A DNA stretch of 64,000 nt from the human T2T-CHM13v2.0 reference genome, Homo sapiens. The notes beneath the pieces were generated by a model. That model saw only the letters and a list, made by a program, of their open reading frames with translations. It had not been told where the DNA came from and searched no databases. Position numbers and translations under genes: made by a program. Below are positions 40,216 through 53,770 of the stretch, in pieces; the first letter of the stretch is position 1, and the number at the start of each line of letters is the position of its first letter. The stretch lies in NCBI RefSeq assembly GCF_009914755.1, contig NC_060932.1. One strand, 5' to 3'.

Positions 40216-43200
40216 CTATTCTCTGTTGTCGTCTCTTTGGGTCTGTCTTTTTTTTATTTTTTATTTTTTTTACTTCTTGATCCGTTAAAATTTTCTTTAA
40301 GATGGAAAGTCCTCTGAGTCTTTTCTTATAGGTCCTCCTTGCCCTATCAGTCTCCCCCGAATGTCCCCACCTCCACCCCAGGCCCATCCCTGTAACTTAC
40401 AATGTCTAACAGAGCTTAGTTACAACAGCACACCTCATCACTATGTGCTACTATTCAACACATGAGCTACTTCAATGTTGAGTTATCTTCAAGTTCTTTA
40501 AAATAAACAAATCCTCTATTGGATCAAGCTTTTCTGATCAGAGCTTTGCAAAACAAGCTTACTTGATATCAATGGACCTTTATCAAAGTGAGTGAATATA
40601 CAAAGAAGACATCGAGGGGGAGAACAATTCATTTTACTACGATATCTCTAGGCACCAGAACTTGGGGAATGTCTTGTAGTGAATGTTTACACTAATGGCA
40701 ACAATTTGCCAAGTGCACACATAAATTTAATTTGGGGAAGCAATGAAAAATGAAAAGAATTAAGCATAAATACAGTGGGGGAAGGTTCGGGGAAGGTGCC
40801 TTCCAGGAGACCTAATTTACCAGGAGCTTTGAAAACAAACCACGACCATCGATTATCTAGTGCCAGGAATGGCTTTCTCGTTAGGCTGCAAGTGACATTC
40901 AGCAGAGGCCTTGTGGGCTGCATGTGAAGGTGTCATCCAAGGGTTGGAAAGTCCAGATTCATCCTGAAAGCAGACACATTTGCTTAATGATTTGTTTGCT
41001 GGGTAAAAATGAGCTCCTTGGAACTGTTTTTAGCTGTTTCTCATGGAGGGGCAGTCTGCTGGTTTGATGGCCAAAACATTTTGGGCCGGGGATGGGAGAT
41101 TTTATTCCCCCCAAATGCCCTTTTTCATCTTCTTGCTCCACAGTTTCAAGGGCTTCCTGAGGTTCATGGCAAATTCCTGGGAGTGCCACCCCAGAGGCCG
41201 ACACAATATGACCTTGGCTTATTTTTTACACTGCTCCTATCTTTTGACATCATAGCCACAGCTCCACTTACCTATATATCCACGAAATGGAAAGTTAATG
41301 GCTTCCCTCTGAATTTTTACACCCATAATCAGCATAAATATATTGGCTTCCATTTTCTTACCATCTGATTAGCCGTACCCGTCCTTCCCTCCTTTAAGGC
41401 ACAGCTTCAGTTTTAACTTTAGAAGAGTGCTTTTGGAACCTCCGACCCCACAGCAAACTCTCCTTCCCTTACACTGACCAGTTTCATTTAGGGCCCTTCC
41501 AGTTCTGAAATCCTAAGTCCAGAAAATATTGTCTGTATCAGACCTCTGTCAGTCATATTACTTCTTCCAGATTGTCATCTTAAAATATTTAAGTAGCATC
41601 GATTTAATTTTCCATTCATCTATATAACTAGATCACAATCTCCTTTGGGGGCCAGACTATATATTATATTTCCTATGTGATCTTATTCCAGCTACTTAAC
41701 GTCTCTGTTCCTTGGCTTCCTTACCTGTAAAATGGGAGTAGTAATAGAAACTACATTGTAAGGTTGCTGTGAAAACTAAGTGAGGAAATAGATGAAACAG
41801 TGCCTAGAAGAGTGTTGAGTAGAGAATATGCTTAATTTACTATTATCAGACATTTCATGCTCCTTTGCATCTACAACCTTTAGGAGAGTAACATGGTAAA
41901 TGCTCAGCTTCTATTTAGAGTAGGGTTTTTGCATATGTTTATTTAACTCACAAAAATCAACTACAAACTCTTTTATATATAATTATGATACTATTTTATG
42001 GTATCATACATTTTATTATATATGTGCATATGCACTAACTGCCAAATATATCATATATTTATAAGTATATGTTACTTATATTATTATGGCAGACTATACA
42101 TATTTGTTTATATATACACGTGTTTTATATACACATGTATTTAATGTATATTGTTCTGTCTGGGCAATTCAAAGAATTCTCAAGGGTAATTTTAGTCGTC
42201 TATAATTTTTACATGTTGTATGAAATCCAGCTCCATATTATTGAACTCTTACTGTGTACTAGATGCTTTACAAACATGATCTTATTTAATCCTCATGCTC
42301 ATTCATTTTACAGAAGAGGGATCTAAGGCTCACGGTGGTTAATCAACTTGTCCAAGGTCACATAGCTAGAAAAATAAAGATGTTCAAACCAGAATAGTTT
42401 GATTCCCAATTCTCTGACAGTCCATCCCTATTGACTGATCTGGTCTGTAGGATAATAGGTATTCCCCCATTGAAAAGTGGCCAGTGGTCAACAAGGGAAA
42501 TGGGCAACTGGCCATCCCTGAAAATATGGCCTTGTCATTTGGCTCCACGGGAACTTTGTCTAGTTTCCATACTCTAGGGCACCTACACTAGGCTAGGAAC
42601 AACTCTTTTGGTCTATTCTTGTTTCTTTGGGAGACATCTGGGATGTCCTACATGTAATGCAAGCTGAAGATGGAAGCTAGTCCCTAACTTGGTGTCCACT
42701 GTCAGATCCCGGCCAGGTTCTGACTTCATTAGTATGATGCCATGTAGTGTTTCTTTTACTGCTGTTAAGGAGATATCTCCTGACAGCATGCAATGAGATT
42801 GTTCTTGGAGGAAGATCACAGGGAATCCTGATCAGGAACAAGCTGTATCTGAGCTCTTGGTCTGATTTGACTTGACAGAGTAACTAAGTAAAAGAGAGTT
42901 GGCCTGTGGTTCAGGACTCCCCACAAACAACTTTCTTATCTGAACAGAATGGTAATATGCTTGTTGCAGAAGTCAACAAACATTTACTCTGTGGTGAGCC
43001 CAGGGAAAAAAAAAAAGTTAGTAGGACATGACTTTTTGCATGGGCTTATAACCAGCTGTATTCCATAATAAATTCCATGTTTCTTTTGTACTAAGTTTGT
43101 TGACAGTGCTTCTGGGTGGCTTGCTTATTGTCTATAAATTCTGTATGTCCACTTGTCTTGGCTAGAAAGAAAGTGAGCAAAAACTGTGGGGCAGAGCAGA

Positions 43201-43260
43201 TGGCAGAATGATCTCTGAGTGAGGAGTTAGGAGGCACAGCTCAAATTCTAGTTCTATCTC

Positions 43261-43353
43261 CTGCATTAGAGATAGAAAAGCTTGAAGAGACTTAATTATG
43301 TCACATGGAGCACATAATTAAATCTCTTCAAGCTTTTTTTATCTCTAATGTAG
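43261..43353. repeat. Long inverted repeat (41/42-bp arms, 10-nt loop)
   Basis: 43261-43301 is the reverse complement of 43312-43353 with 3 substitutions and 1 indel. Confidence 0.93.
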
Positions 43354-44216
43354 ATAATGCTTCTAGTTTTCTCATGGCATTGTTGCATCATATTTGGTAA
43401 TGTCCTTTAGAGTACTCTGTAAACTGTAAGGCATTCTGACTTCATATGAGGTTAAATGTACTGTATTATATTATAGTCTACAGTTTGGAAATGTAGAAAT
43501 TTATCTTCTGTTAGCTGTAGTCTTTTATTCACCAGACCATTAAATTAACAAGACCATATATGCCCTGACTTTTGGGTAAATAGAAAATAATGGTCATATT
43601 TTCTGTCTTTTAAGAGCTGGCAATTAGTCAAGAGCATAGTGATTAAATCCCCTGGAATGGATCAGGCACCTAACCAAGTTTCTGAATGTCAATGGATTCC
43701 ATGATTATTCTTTCCAAGGCAAAGACTTGTGACTCTAAGTTTTGAAAGGATTTGCAGGCTGCTATTGAATAAAGAGGGACAACTCACAGAATGAATGGAA
43801 TCTATATTACAATTCCGTGATTTATGCAAATTGTGAAATGTACCATTTGAATTTTCAATTAATCCTACCACATCTGAACTGACTTTCTATCTTCTGAAAT
43901 GGAGTTCTGGATGCCACTTGCTATGCACCTGCAGTCATTCATTTTGGAATATGAAATCAAAGTCACCATTGAGTTAGTGTGTACAGTCCGGAGTGTATTG
44001 AACTACTTCTGGGGAACTAAGTTTGATATCATGTTTATTTCTTCTTAGCAATGACCTCGATAGACTGTTATCCAGCGCAGAAGGAGTATTGGCATGAAGA
44101 TTTCAAGATCTGAAGTAAATAAGTAAAAAAGACTATAAAAAAGTTAGCTGAAGGGGCTTTGGATTCAGTGTGCTTTAAGTCCTGGCTGCTTTACCACTTA
44201 TAAGAGTTGTGCTCAT

Positions 44217-44540
<324 letters not shown>

Positions 44541-44705
44541 ATGATTTGTGCTCATGAGCAAATTATTTACCCTTTCTGAGTTTTATTTTCTTCATCTTTA
44601 AAATAAAGATAAAAATGATACCCACCTTCTCGAGTTGTTGTTGAGTAAATGAGAGAATGCATATAGAAGGCCTGTGTTGAGATGCTCAAAATGTTGACAT
44701 TTCTT

Positions 44706-44880
44706 ACCACCACCATCATCATCATCATCACTATTGCCTTTATCATTGTCATCATCATCACCATCACTATTGCCTTTATCATCATCACCATTACTACTAT
44801 CTTCATCATCATCATCACTATTGCCTTTATCATCATCATTATCTTTATTATTATCATTATTACCTTCACCATCATCTATC
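44706..44880. repeat. (ATC)n-based degenerate repeat with recurring catcactattgcctttatcat unit (3 copies)
   Basis: Direct reading. Confidence 0.9.
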
Positions 44881-45964
44881 TTAACTTCCCCACTTGTTCC
44901 TGTGGCTCAGTAGAGCTCACTTCAATTCTTCTATTTCATTCTAGCCTGTCATCTCCCATATCAAATAGTTTCTCATTTTTTTTTTCTTAAAACATTTTTT
45001 TCATGTCTTTAAAAAACTCATCTGGCCTAGCCACCTGAAGCTAACTATTGCAGGTAGGAGTAGATTGTGCCTTTTGATGCCCATGGAGAAATGGCCAGAA
45101 ACTGCATTTGGCTTTTAAAATTCCAGCAGCTGGGAGATAACATATTGTCCCAAGGACAGTTGTAATACAACGCTTCTTTTTCTGGGACTTCCTTTGTTCC
45201 TCCCTTGCACTCATCCAAACTGGTACCTAGGATCCAAGAGAGTATATAATTCATGATGTAGGGAACTAGTCTTCTTGACCACTCTGTGCAAACTGCCATT
45301 TGCTTACTACCTTCCAACCTTCATCCTCTCATTTCCCATTAATTTGTTCACTTATTCATATTCAGCAGTTACTTTGCCCATGTTGTGTAGCAGGCTAGCT
45401 GTATAAAGGACAGGCATGGTGTCCTAATGAAATGTACAGTCTAGTGAGAGGTGTTAAATAGTAAGTAGGCAATTACAATTCAGTATGCTAAAGGCTACAG
45501 TGAAGGAAGCAGGTAGTGTTAGAAAGCACAGAAGAGAGGGTACCTGACCTCTCTTAGTTGGTCAGGGAAGGAATGTAGGAAGAGTTGATGTTGAAGCTGG
45601 GTCTGGTCAGTAAAAGAGGGAGGTTGCCAGTGGTCTAGCATGAGAAAGCAACATGAATCTAAGGGACAACTCCATCTCTTGGCTCTCCCAGAGCACCAGC
45701 AATCAATTCTGCCAAGACTGGCTACTTTCAGCTGTTGAGCCTTTTTCATACTTACTTCCTCTTTTCTTGAGAAGTTGATCATAGATCTCAAATATGAGGC
45801 AATATGAATGACAACCACTAGCTAACCTTGGAATTCTTCCTCCCTGGCCTTTTAGTCAAACATGTGTGTCTCATGGAGAGATTCCTAGAGGTTGTGATAA
45901 ATCCAGCTAGGACTCTCTCTGACAATGCAATTCTGTATCCCTTCTTACCATAAATGGAAATAAG

Positions 45965-46073
45965 TCTCTCTCTGTTTCTCTCTTTCTCTGTGCCTCTACG
46001 GTGAACATGAACACTACACTTGAGACTACGAATCAAAGAGTCAAAATGAGATGTCTAAAATCATATAGCAAGT
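45965..46073 (+). repeat. Dispersed direct repeat, copy 1
   Basis: (TC)n-tgcctctacggtgaacatgaacactacacttgagact...gtctaaaatcatatagcaagt. Confidence 0.9.
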
Positions 46074-46979
46074 TGGTAGCAGGGCAAAAAATTTGAGACA
46101 GATTTCCTGTATGAGCAACATCTTTGCATGAATAATAAACTTTCAAGCCTCCAAAAATTTGCTCACGCTCTTCTCTCTACCTGGAATGCCTTTTATTTTA
46201 TTTTTTTTTCCATTCTGCTAGGCTTATCTCAAAGCTTCCTTTAGAGGCTTCTTACAATTCCCCACTCTTCACCTCTGCTTCACTGCCCCAGTCCTGGAGA
46301 GAATTGACCACTTGCCACACTGTGCTCCGTAGCCTTGGCTGAGGTCTCTGTTTTAGAGTTCATCTTTTGCTGCTACACTTGTATATGTTAGTGTCTATAA
46401 GTTGTGTAAAGACTGGAATTATCTCTTAGTCATCTCTGTATCCTTAGGATGCAATAGGTCTTCAATGAACCTTGCTGAATGATTCAACGAACAAATTCCA
46501 GAGATGTCATATCTTATTTGAGTCAAGGTGCCTTTCAGTTTAAAGCCATCTGCAGGGTTTTGTTGAAACCCCAAAGAAGGTCACATCCCTTCCAAATAAA
46601 CCTTTATCTTGACAATGTTCTTGGAGCTGGAGAGCTGTGTAGACCTGGCTATTGGCCAATATGAAGACGGGAGAAAACTCCTGTGATGGGTGGGCTCAAG
46701 ATTGCCGTCATGTACATGCACTTGATAAACCAGTATTTTACAGAAGCAAATACAAACCATGGTTACTAGCTCAGATAAATACTGGGAATCCTTCCTCTGT
46801 CTTAAACAGGATTTCCTTGGTGAATTTTTTTTGTCTTCTTGGAAACATCACCATGCTCTCTGCTCCCTTCAACTGCAGTTTTCAAATCCAGGGGTCTGAG
46901 TCTGGGCCCAAGTGGCTGATTCCAAGTAGAGTGGTTTCAGAGTCTGAGAAGAGATCTTTCCTTAGCTAAGTGTAGCACA

Positions 46980-46982
<3 letters not shown>

Positions 46983-47019
<37 letters not shown>

Positions 47020-47101
47020 GCCTGTACAGTGAACATGAACACTACACTTGACACTGTAAATCAGAGAGGCAAAATGAGAAGTCTAAAATCGTATAGCAAG
47101 T
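46983..47101 (+). repeat. Dispersed direct repeat, copy 2
   Basis: (TC)n-tgcctgtacagtgaacatgaacactacacttgacact...gtctaaaatcgtatagcaagt. Confidence 0.9.
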
Positions 47102-48598
47102 GCAGCAAAGTGTAGTAGAGGCTTTAGAGTCTGAAAGACCTGGGTTCAAAGTCTGGCTCCACTATGACCACTTTGGGAAAGTTACTTTGCTGCTCGAAGC
47201 CTCAGTTTCATATCTGCAAAATGGATGTTTTTCTGGAAGAGATTTGGAGAGGATTCAAGGTGACCACAAAAAGGGACAGTAAGCAGAACGAGATGCGTAC
47301 TTGGTGCTTTGTAATCCCAGGTGAGCTCCCTCTCTTTCCAGGGACATGGGGAAGCCGAGATAGAAAAGAGATGTCAAGATAATCTTTTCTGAGAGTGCCA
47401 AAAGCTGCTAAACCAAGAAGCGTTTTGTATGAAAAGCCACTTCTTTTGCACCTATTTTTTGTTTCCTTTTTTGGATAGTGGCAAGGGTCAGTGTCTTCCT
47501 CTCTCATAGGCTGTCTCATTTCCCTCCCTGCTCTCAGCTCAGCTGCCTGAAACCACCAATTGTTCTTTTTCTGAATGGAGCTCCCCATGGGGCCCCTTTC
47601 CCACCACAGTGGTTGTTTGTGCCCCTCCCCCAATTCTTGCACCTCTGTCTCCCACCCCCGCTGTTGCTCTATTCAGTGACCATTTCCCAAATACCAGGAA
47701 CTCAAGGTTTGTAACAAGAACAGCAACCTTTTTATTACTTTGGTCCTGGGCTGCGACCCTAAGCAGCACATCCTGTTAGAACAAAATAGGTACTGAAAGC
47801 AATAAATATAACACCACACCGAGCACCCCTCCCTGTCACATCCCCCACCCTGCCAAATTCCCCAAGAGGTGTCACAGGGGTGAGATTGAGAGAGGGTGTT
47901 CAGAACAGGCGCCTTCTCCTCTCCCCTCCACTTGTTCGCCTATTGAAGAGGATATCTCTCCTGTTTCTTTACATTGGTAACCCTATGTACATAAAACAAA
48001 ATTGAAAAGGTGCAAAGTGGTGTCCAGTGAAGATCACCCGCCTCTCCTATCCTGCTTCCTTAAATTCGCCACTTGAGAGGCAAACTACTGTTACTGGTTT
48101 CTTATGCATCTCTGCAGTATTCTACACATATATGTATGGTTTTATTTTTTCACAGACAAGGTAGCATGATTTTGCAGCTGGCTTTTTGTACTGAGCACTG
48201 TATTTTACAACTCACCTCCCAGTCAGTAGATAAAGACTTCTCTCCTTCTAAACTGAGGAAGAGTCCTCATTTACATGCATGAATCAGAGTTGATTCAACA
48301 AGTCTTCTGCTGACGGGTGTTTACGTTGTTTGCAAAAATGCAGCTAATAACTTTGTGCATAAGTCATTTCCCCCGATTTAGTTCTAAATCTATTAAGAAA
48401 AATATGTAGGTTGGAGGTACTACGAGCTGGCTCAGGAACACAAACACCTGGAATTTCTGGAATGTTCCCCACCAGCTCTGATTGTCCTCCTGGGGAACTC
48501 TCACTCTCCTTTGAAGGTGGGCTCATAGGTCACTTCCTGCCTTAAGCTTTCCAGATCAGTCCCAGCCAGAGAAAGTTGCTTTATATCTTTTGGATTTC

Positions 48599-48791
48599 TA
48601 GGTGGTGGCTCCCAAATTGTGGCTGTGTAAAGACCCCCTGGGGGAGCTTACTAAAGCACAGATTGCTGGGCCCCACCCATCCTAGAGTTTATCATTCCAG
48701 AGGTCTGCAGTGGTATCTACAATGTGCATTTCTAACCAGTTTCTAGGTGATGCTTCTGCTACAGATCAAGACCACACTTGGAGAACCACTG
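48599..48791. mobile_element. MER5A-like DNA transposon fossil
   Basis: cagattgctgggccccacc...tgtgcatttctaaccagtttctaggtgatgct...accacacttggagaaccactg. Confidence 0.85.
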
Positions 48792-49559
48792 ATAAGCGAT
48801 TTTTCTACCTCTGTGATCGCTGCTGAGTGCAGCTCTTACTGAAAACCACTTCCATCCTCTCGCCAGGCTGGATTAGCCCCTTCTGAAATACTTACCCGTC
48901 TTTCCTCAATAGGCTGAAAGCTCCATGATGGCAGAGACTGGTCAAGTGTTTATTCCATACTTTATCTTCAGGGCTTGATAGAGCCCGAAGAACATAATAG
49001 ATGCTGAATAAATGTGTTAAATGAATGAATGCACTGAAATTACTGATTTATTGCATTTCTCCTAGCAAGGTTAAATGCCTTAAGTCCAGGGCCTCTAGGT
49101 CCTTAAATACCTCCCTTCTCTTAGCTGGCCTATTGCTCTGTAACTAGGGTCCCCAGTTTTACTCTGCCCGCCCTTCAGGCCTACTGTCCCTAAGGCGGAC
49201 AGACAGACCGATATCTTAGTAATGTAAATTGTAAAGATTAGCAACTATCTCTATTTCCATCAATAGGGGGCTCCTTAAATAAATGATCATATGTCCATGT
49301 CAGTAGATAAAGAACTCCCTCTGTCTTTCTTGTGGCTGCACACCCTTTTCTTTTTCCATGCCACCTAGCTAGTTAAGTGCTATGGCATTGGAGGGGCAGT
49401 AGAATTTGGTATAACTAAAGTATGTGTTCCAAATCTCTACTTTGTAGATCACATTTCCACTAATGTTTGTTTTTTTAATCAATAGTTTTTTATTGACATC
49501 AATTGCCCCCAGATCTTCAGTAAAGTGTTTGAAGATATCATGGTGCTGGTTGGTGGCAA

Positions 49560-50350
49560 ATTTCTTATGGAGACAGTAAAGGGACTCTAGGATCAGGTCA
49601 AGGAGGATTTGGTTGGCTATGCTTAAGAGCTAGGACTTTATTCTACAGGCACTAGTAGATGGGGAGTATGACGTAGGGGGGCTATGGTTGATATGCATTT
49701 TAAAGAATTCCTTTGGCTGCATCATGCAGCTTTCATTCAAGGAGACTGAGGCTGGAGGTAAGGAGAGCAGGAGGAGACTCTTCCAATGGCTACGTGAGCA
49801 GTGATGAGAATCTCAGCTCAAGAGCAGTGGGAATGGAGTTGGAGAAAAGTCTAGAGTCAAAACTGAGAGGATCTGGCCTTTGACTACAGTCACAGTGTAT
49901 GGGGTGTGGTGTGTATGTATATACAGTGTATGAGTGTGTGTATGCTATGAAAGTGACACTGGTGAGAATCAGTGAGGATTAACTAGATAGTTGATGTTAT
50001 CACATATTGAGTCTTACTGTACAGAGGGGACAGGTTTTTAGAGAAGCAGGAAGATGAATTCAGTGTTGACCAAGTGAAGTTAGAAATCATTAAGGGAGAG
50101 ATCTTGCAGGGGGTTGGATATTCCAGTCTGAGGTTCAGAAAAGCAGTCAGAGTGGCATAGATATATATTTGAGCTTTTGGTATATTGAAATGGAATTTTC
50201 CTAAAATATAATGGACTGACAGAAATCAGAGAATTTGGAGATCACCAATATTTGAGGGTTCACAGAGGATGTAAATTCTAGGAGGAGATGGAGAAGGAAC
50301 AGTGACCAAGGAAGGAAGGGTACTAGAGTGAAAGCAAGAGAGGAGTTCAA
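49560..50350 (-). mobile_element. L2 LINE fragment(s)
   Basis: ggactttattctacaggcac...gatgaattcagtgttgacc...ggaggagatggagaaggaacagt. Confidence 0.6.
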
Positions 50351-51312
50351 AGCCAGACAATGAGGGTGCTGATGACCGCTGGGGAGAAATCATAGGGCTG
50401 TGGAGCAGGAACCAACATACAGCATGGAGAGGAAGGTGATGACAGCAAGAGAATGGAGGCTCAACCCTACCAGCAAATTCAGATGCAGAAGGACAGAGAG
50501 CAATTAGGCTCTACCTAGATATTTCCAAACTGGTTTAACAGAACATTTCTTGATTTTTGTTTGCTTTGAAACCTGAAGGCATTACATAAGTACTTTTATA
50601 GCACTATCACTTTACCACTGAAAAATCTTGAAAACATTTAAAAATGCAACAAACCTAAAGTTTAGAATAAACGAAGAAAAACACTCCAAGGTTACTCTTT
50701 GATTTTTATGGCATTTTCGTCCACATCGTATGACAACAGGGACACAGGAAAAATGGTCATTTGAAGCACTGTTTTAAACATCTGCTCAAGTTGCCTGGCA
50801 GTCAGCTTAATTAAATATTGGTGCCGATGGGAACTGTGTGGATTGATTGCCTCCCCCGCCTCTCCCTGCAACTGGGTGTCCTGGGGCAAGTCACTTTACT
50901 CTCAAGGAAGGTGGCGTGGTTTCTCATCAGTACAATGAGATCCTTGGAGGGGAACATCTCAAACTGACCTATTGTGTCTTCATAGCTGAGGTGGAATCCA
51001 GTTTGTTCAGCGTCAGCTGGGCACAGCACAAGAAGGAAACAGTGAGAACTTGGAAAAACCTTCCCCTCCCCTTCATACCTTTGTACTTAATGCAGCAACC
51101 TGCTGTTTTGTGCCATGTACCAAATGTCAGTGTATCACAAGTTGCATGGCTGATTAGATTTTTAAAAGTTTGCTGGCATTTTGCTTTTCCAACTGATTTG
51201 TCCAAGGTCAAAATGAAATTGCTTTCAGAACAGTCTCTAGTTAAAGCAATAGAAGTCGAAAATATATGAATTTACAGTTGGATTTTGTTATTAATTGTAA
51301 GCCACCATAGAG

Positions 51313-51503
51313 CAGTAGTTCTAAATCTTGAGTTGTTGCATCAGAATCACCAAGAGGATTTGCTAAAACTCACAGTGCTGGGCCCCAACACCAAAGTTTC
51401 TGATTTAGTAGGTCAGGGGTGGAGCCTGAAAATCTGCATTTCTCACAAATTTCCAAGTGATGCTGGTACTGCTGGTCCAGCAGCTACCCTGCGAGAAACA
51501 CTG
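51313..51503. mobile_element. MER5A-like DNA transposon fossil
   Basis: cagtagttctaaatc...gcatcagaatcacc...ctgcatttctcacaaatttccaagtgatgctg...gagaaacactg. Confidence 0.85.
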
Positions 51504-53519
51504 GTGTGGAGGAAACAACCCTGGCCTTCAGATCACAGGTGACCTATTGTCTCTGAGACTCAGTTTTTTTATCTAGTAAATGGGGACATAAATACACAAC
51601 AAACCAATACTTAAATTAAAAAAAAAAAAGAAGAAGAAACGAGAAAAAAAAGGAGGAAAAAAGAAAAACAAGGTTATTCTTTTTTGTATGGCATTCTCTT
51701 TCAAGCTGTGCACAGTGGGGCAGGGAGAATGATCTTTTGAGCAGTATTTCAATCATCTGTTAAGTGATCTGGCAGTCACAATTCTTTAAGTTTCCATAGT
51801 GGGAGAACTATGGATTTTTTCCCTCCAGCCTTGATCTACAGCTGGGTGACCTTGGGCAAGTCACTTCATCTCCTGGAAGGTGGCCTCTTCTGCTTGCTTT
51901 TTATTGGCCAGAAATGGATCATGTGGCCATGCCTAGAACCAATCACCTCATTTATGGTTTCTGTCTCCTTCCTTAAGACCCCAAGGATGTTGAGGACTTA
52001 GGACTGCTTTTCTCCGTTTTGTGGGTGGGCCTGTTCTAGTGGAGATGGGAAATAACTAGGTTCAAATTGTGGCAATGCTTGTGAACCTGAGCAAGTGACT
52101 GGAACTCACTGAGATCCCACGTCTCATCTCTAACATGAAAATACAAATAAAATGTTATTTCCCCGGATGGCTGTGGAAATTAAATAAAGTCAGGGACATA
52201 GATGCTTAATATTTTTCTTGGACATATAGTAAAACATCAATAAATCATAGTTATTATGTGCTTATAAATGTATGAAACAATGAGATAGTTACTCAATAAG
52301 TCCTGGGACCCATCTTAACTGAATTATGCCCAAGCAGAAAGTTAAGGTGTTAAAGGAACAACCCAAAGAACCAAGAAAATGAAGAAAAACAAAACAGCTC
52401 ACCTTTCCCCAAGAAAACCTCTGAATTTTCCACTGTTAGCAGCAATGGACAGGTACCACGCTGCCTGGGAAGAAGGGGAGAAGCAGCTGGCACATCACAG
52501 AGAAGCACCAGCCCCAGAGGCCTCCTCTGTCTGCAGAGGCAGTTTTTACGGCAGGCCCTTTGCCAGATCGTAGAAGGGAAAGAAAACTCAGAGAAGCTGG
52601 GAAGGGAGAGGGAACCAGGAGAGAGCAAAGGAGACTTTGCAATTATCTCCCTGAGACTGTTTAGAATGCAGTGTTCCTCTCCACCCCCTTTCCTTTTCAC
52701 GTTGTAATTTTCTTCACAGAAAGAACACAATGGAGAACATATTCCAGACTGCCAAACTTGCTGCTACCTCCAACAACCCAGACATAGGAGATAAGGAAAA
52801 AAACAGAGGCAGATTTTCCCCCCTGCAGAGATTTCGGAGATCGAAGCTCAGAAATCCAGTTACATTTGAATGTCGCATTACCTGCCCACTTAGTGGCTTT
52901 GGTGTAGTCTGTTCATGATGCTTGGCAAGTTTAGACAACTGCTTTCCTTGCCTAGGGGGCTGGGGAGGGGCTGCCTCTATCGTGGGATTTGCCCCCAACC
53001 CCTATCCACTTGAGAGGCTGGGGAGTCAGCCTGAGTTGCATGGTTTGTTCCACCTGTTTAATTGTCCACATTTTCTTCTCACTTGTCTCTAGGAAGTAGG
53101 AAGAGACTCTGGACTCATGGCTCACTCTCAGAGAGTTAAGTGGTCCTTGGAAGAGCATAGGACAGAGATGTAAGAGGACTTCAGGATGCACAGTGCCCTT
53201 TGAGGTCCCTGCCTTGCCTTCTCCATCTCTTTTCCCACTCGCCTCCCCTTGGCATTCTCTCACCTGCCACTCTGTGCCCAGCTCATTTCCCAACCTCAAG
53301 CCCAAATGAGCATCCAGGTTGTGTTTTAGCACAGATTACTAAGTTGCCTCCCAGAGAGGTTGAATATTTCCTTCAGCAGAATATATATGTAGAATCAGAA
53401 CATCCATTTTATTTATCTCTTCTTTGTACTCATATGGACCTATCTAATGGAGTGGCTTTCCTAGGATGTATCTTGGTGCTGTTAAGAAACTAAGTGCTGT
53501 CTTGCTAACCCTTTGTTTT

Positions 53520-53770
53520 CCAGAAGACCCTGTCATCTCTGAGAGGCCATGTGGAGCAAAACACAGTCATCTTAACTGAGGCCATCCCAGACCAGCCAGC
53601 CCCCTGCTGGCTCGCTAGCTGATCAGTAATTTATCATAAGTGAGGAGTGTGTCAAGATCAGCTGAGCCCAGCCCATGTCAGAATGGCCCACCCAACCCAC
53701 TGACGCAAGAGAAACAAGACACGTTTGTTGTTTCAAGCCATTGCCATTTATGGATCATATAGTATGTGTT
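53520..53770 (+). mobile_element. MLT1 LTR fragment
   Basis: gagaggccatgtggag...cccagaccagccagccc...cagctgagcccagccc...ttgttgtttcaagcca. Confidence 0.65.

Noticed and set aside
41975-42150. AT-rich stretch with partial palindromes
   Set aside because: Low-complexity TA-rich DNA is self-complementary by composition.
44567-44990. Met/Ile-rich hydrophobic ORFs on both strands
   Set aside because: They result from the stop-free (ATC)n low-complexity repeat.
47208-53493. Longest non-TE ORFs (144, 140, 126 and 126 aa)
   Set aside because: No recognisable domain, random-like composition, overlapping ORFs on opposite strands, and no evident exon structure. Small real exons cannot be excluded by eye.
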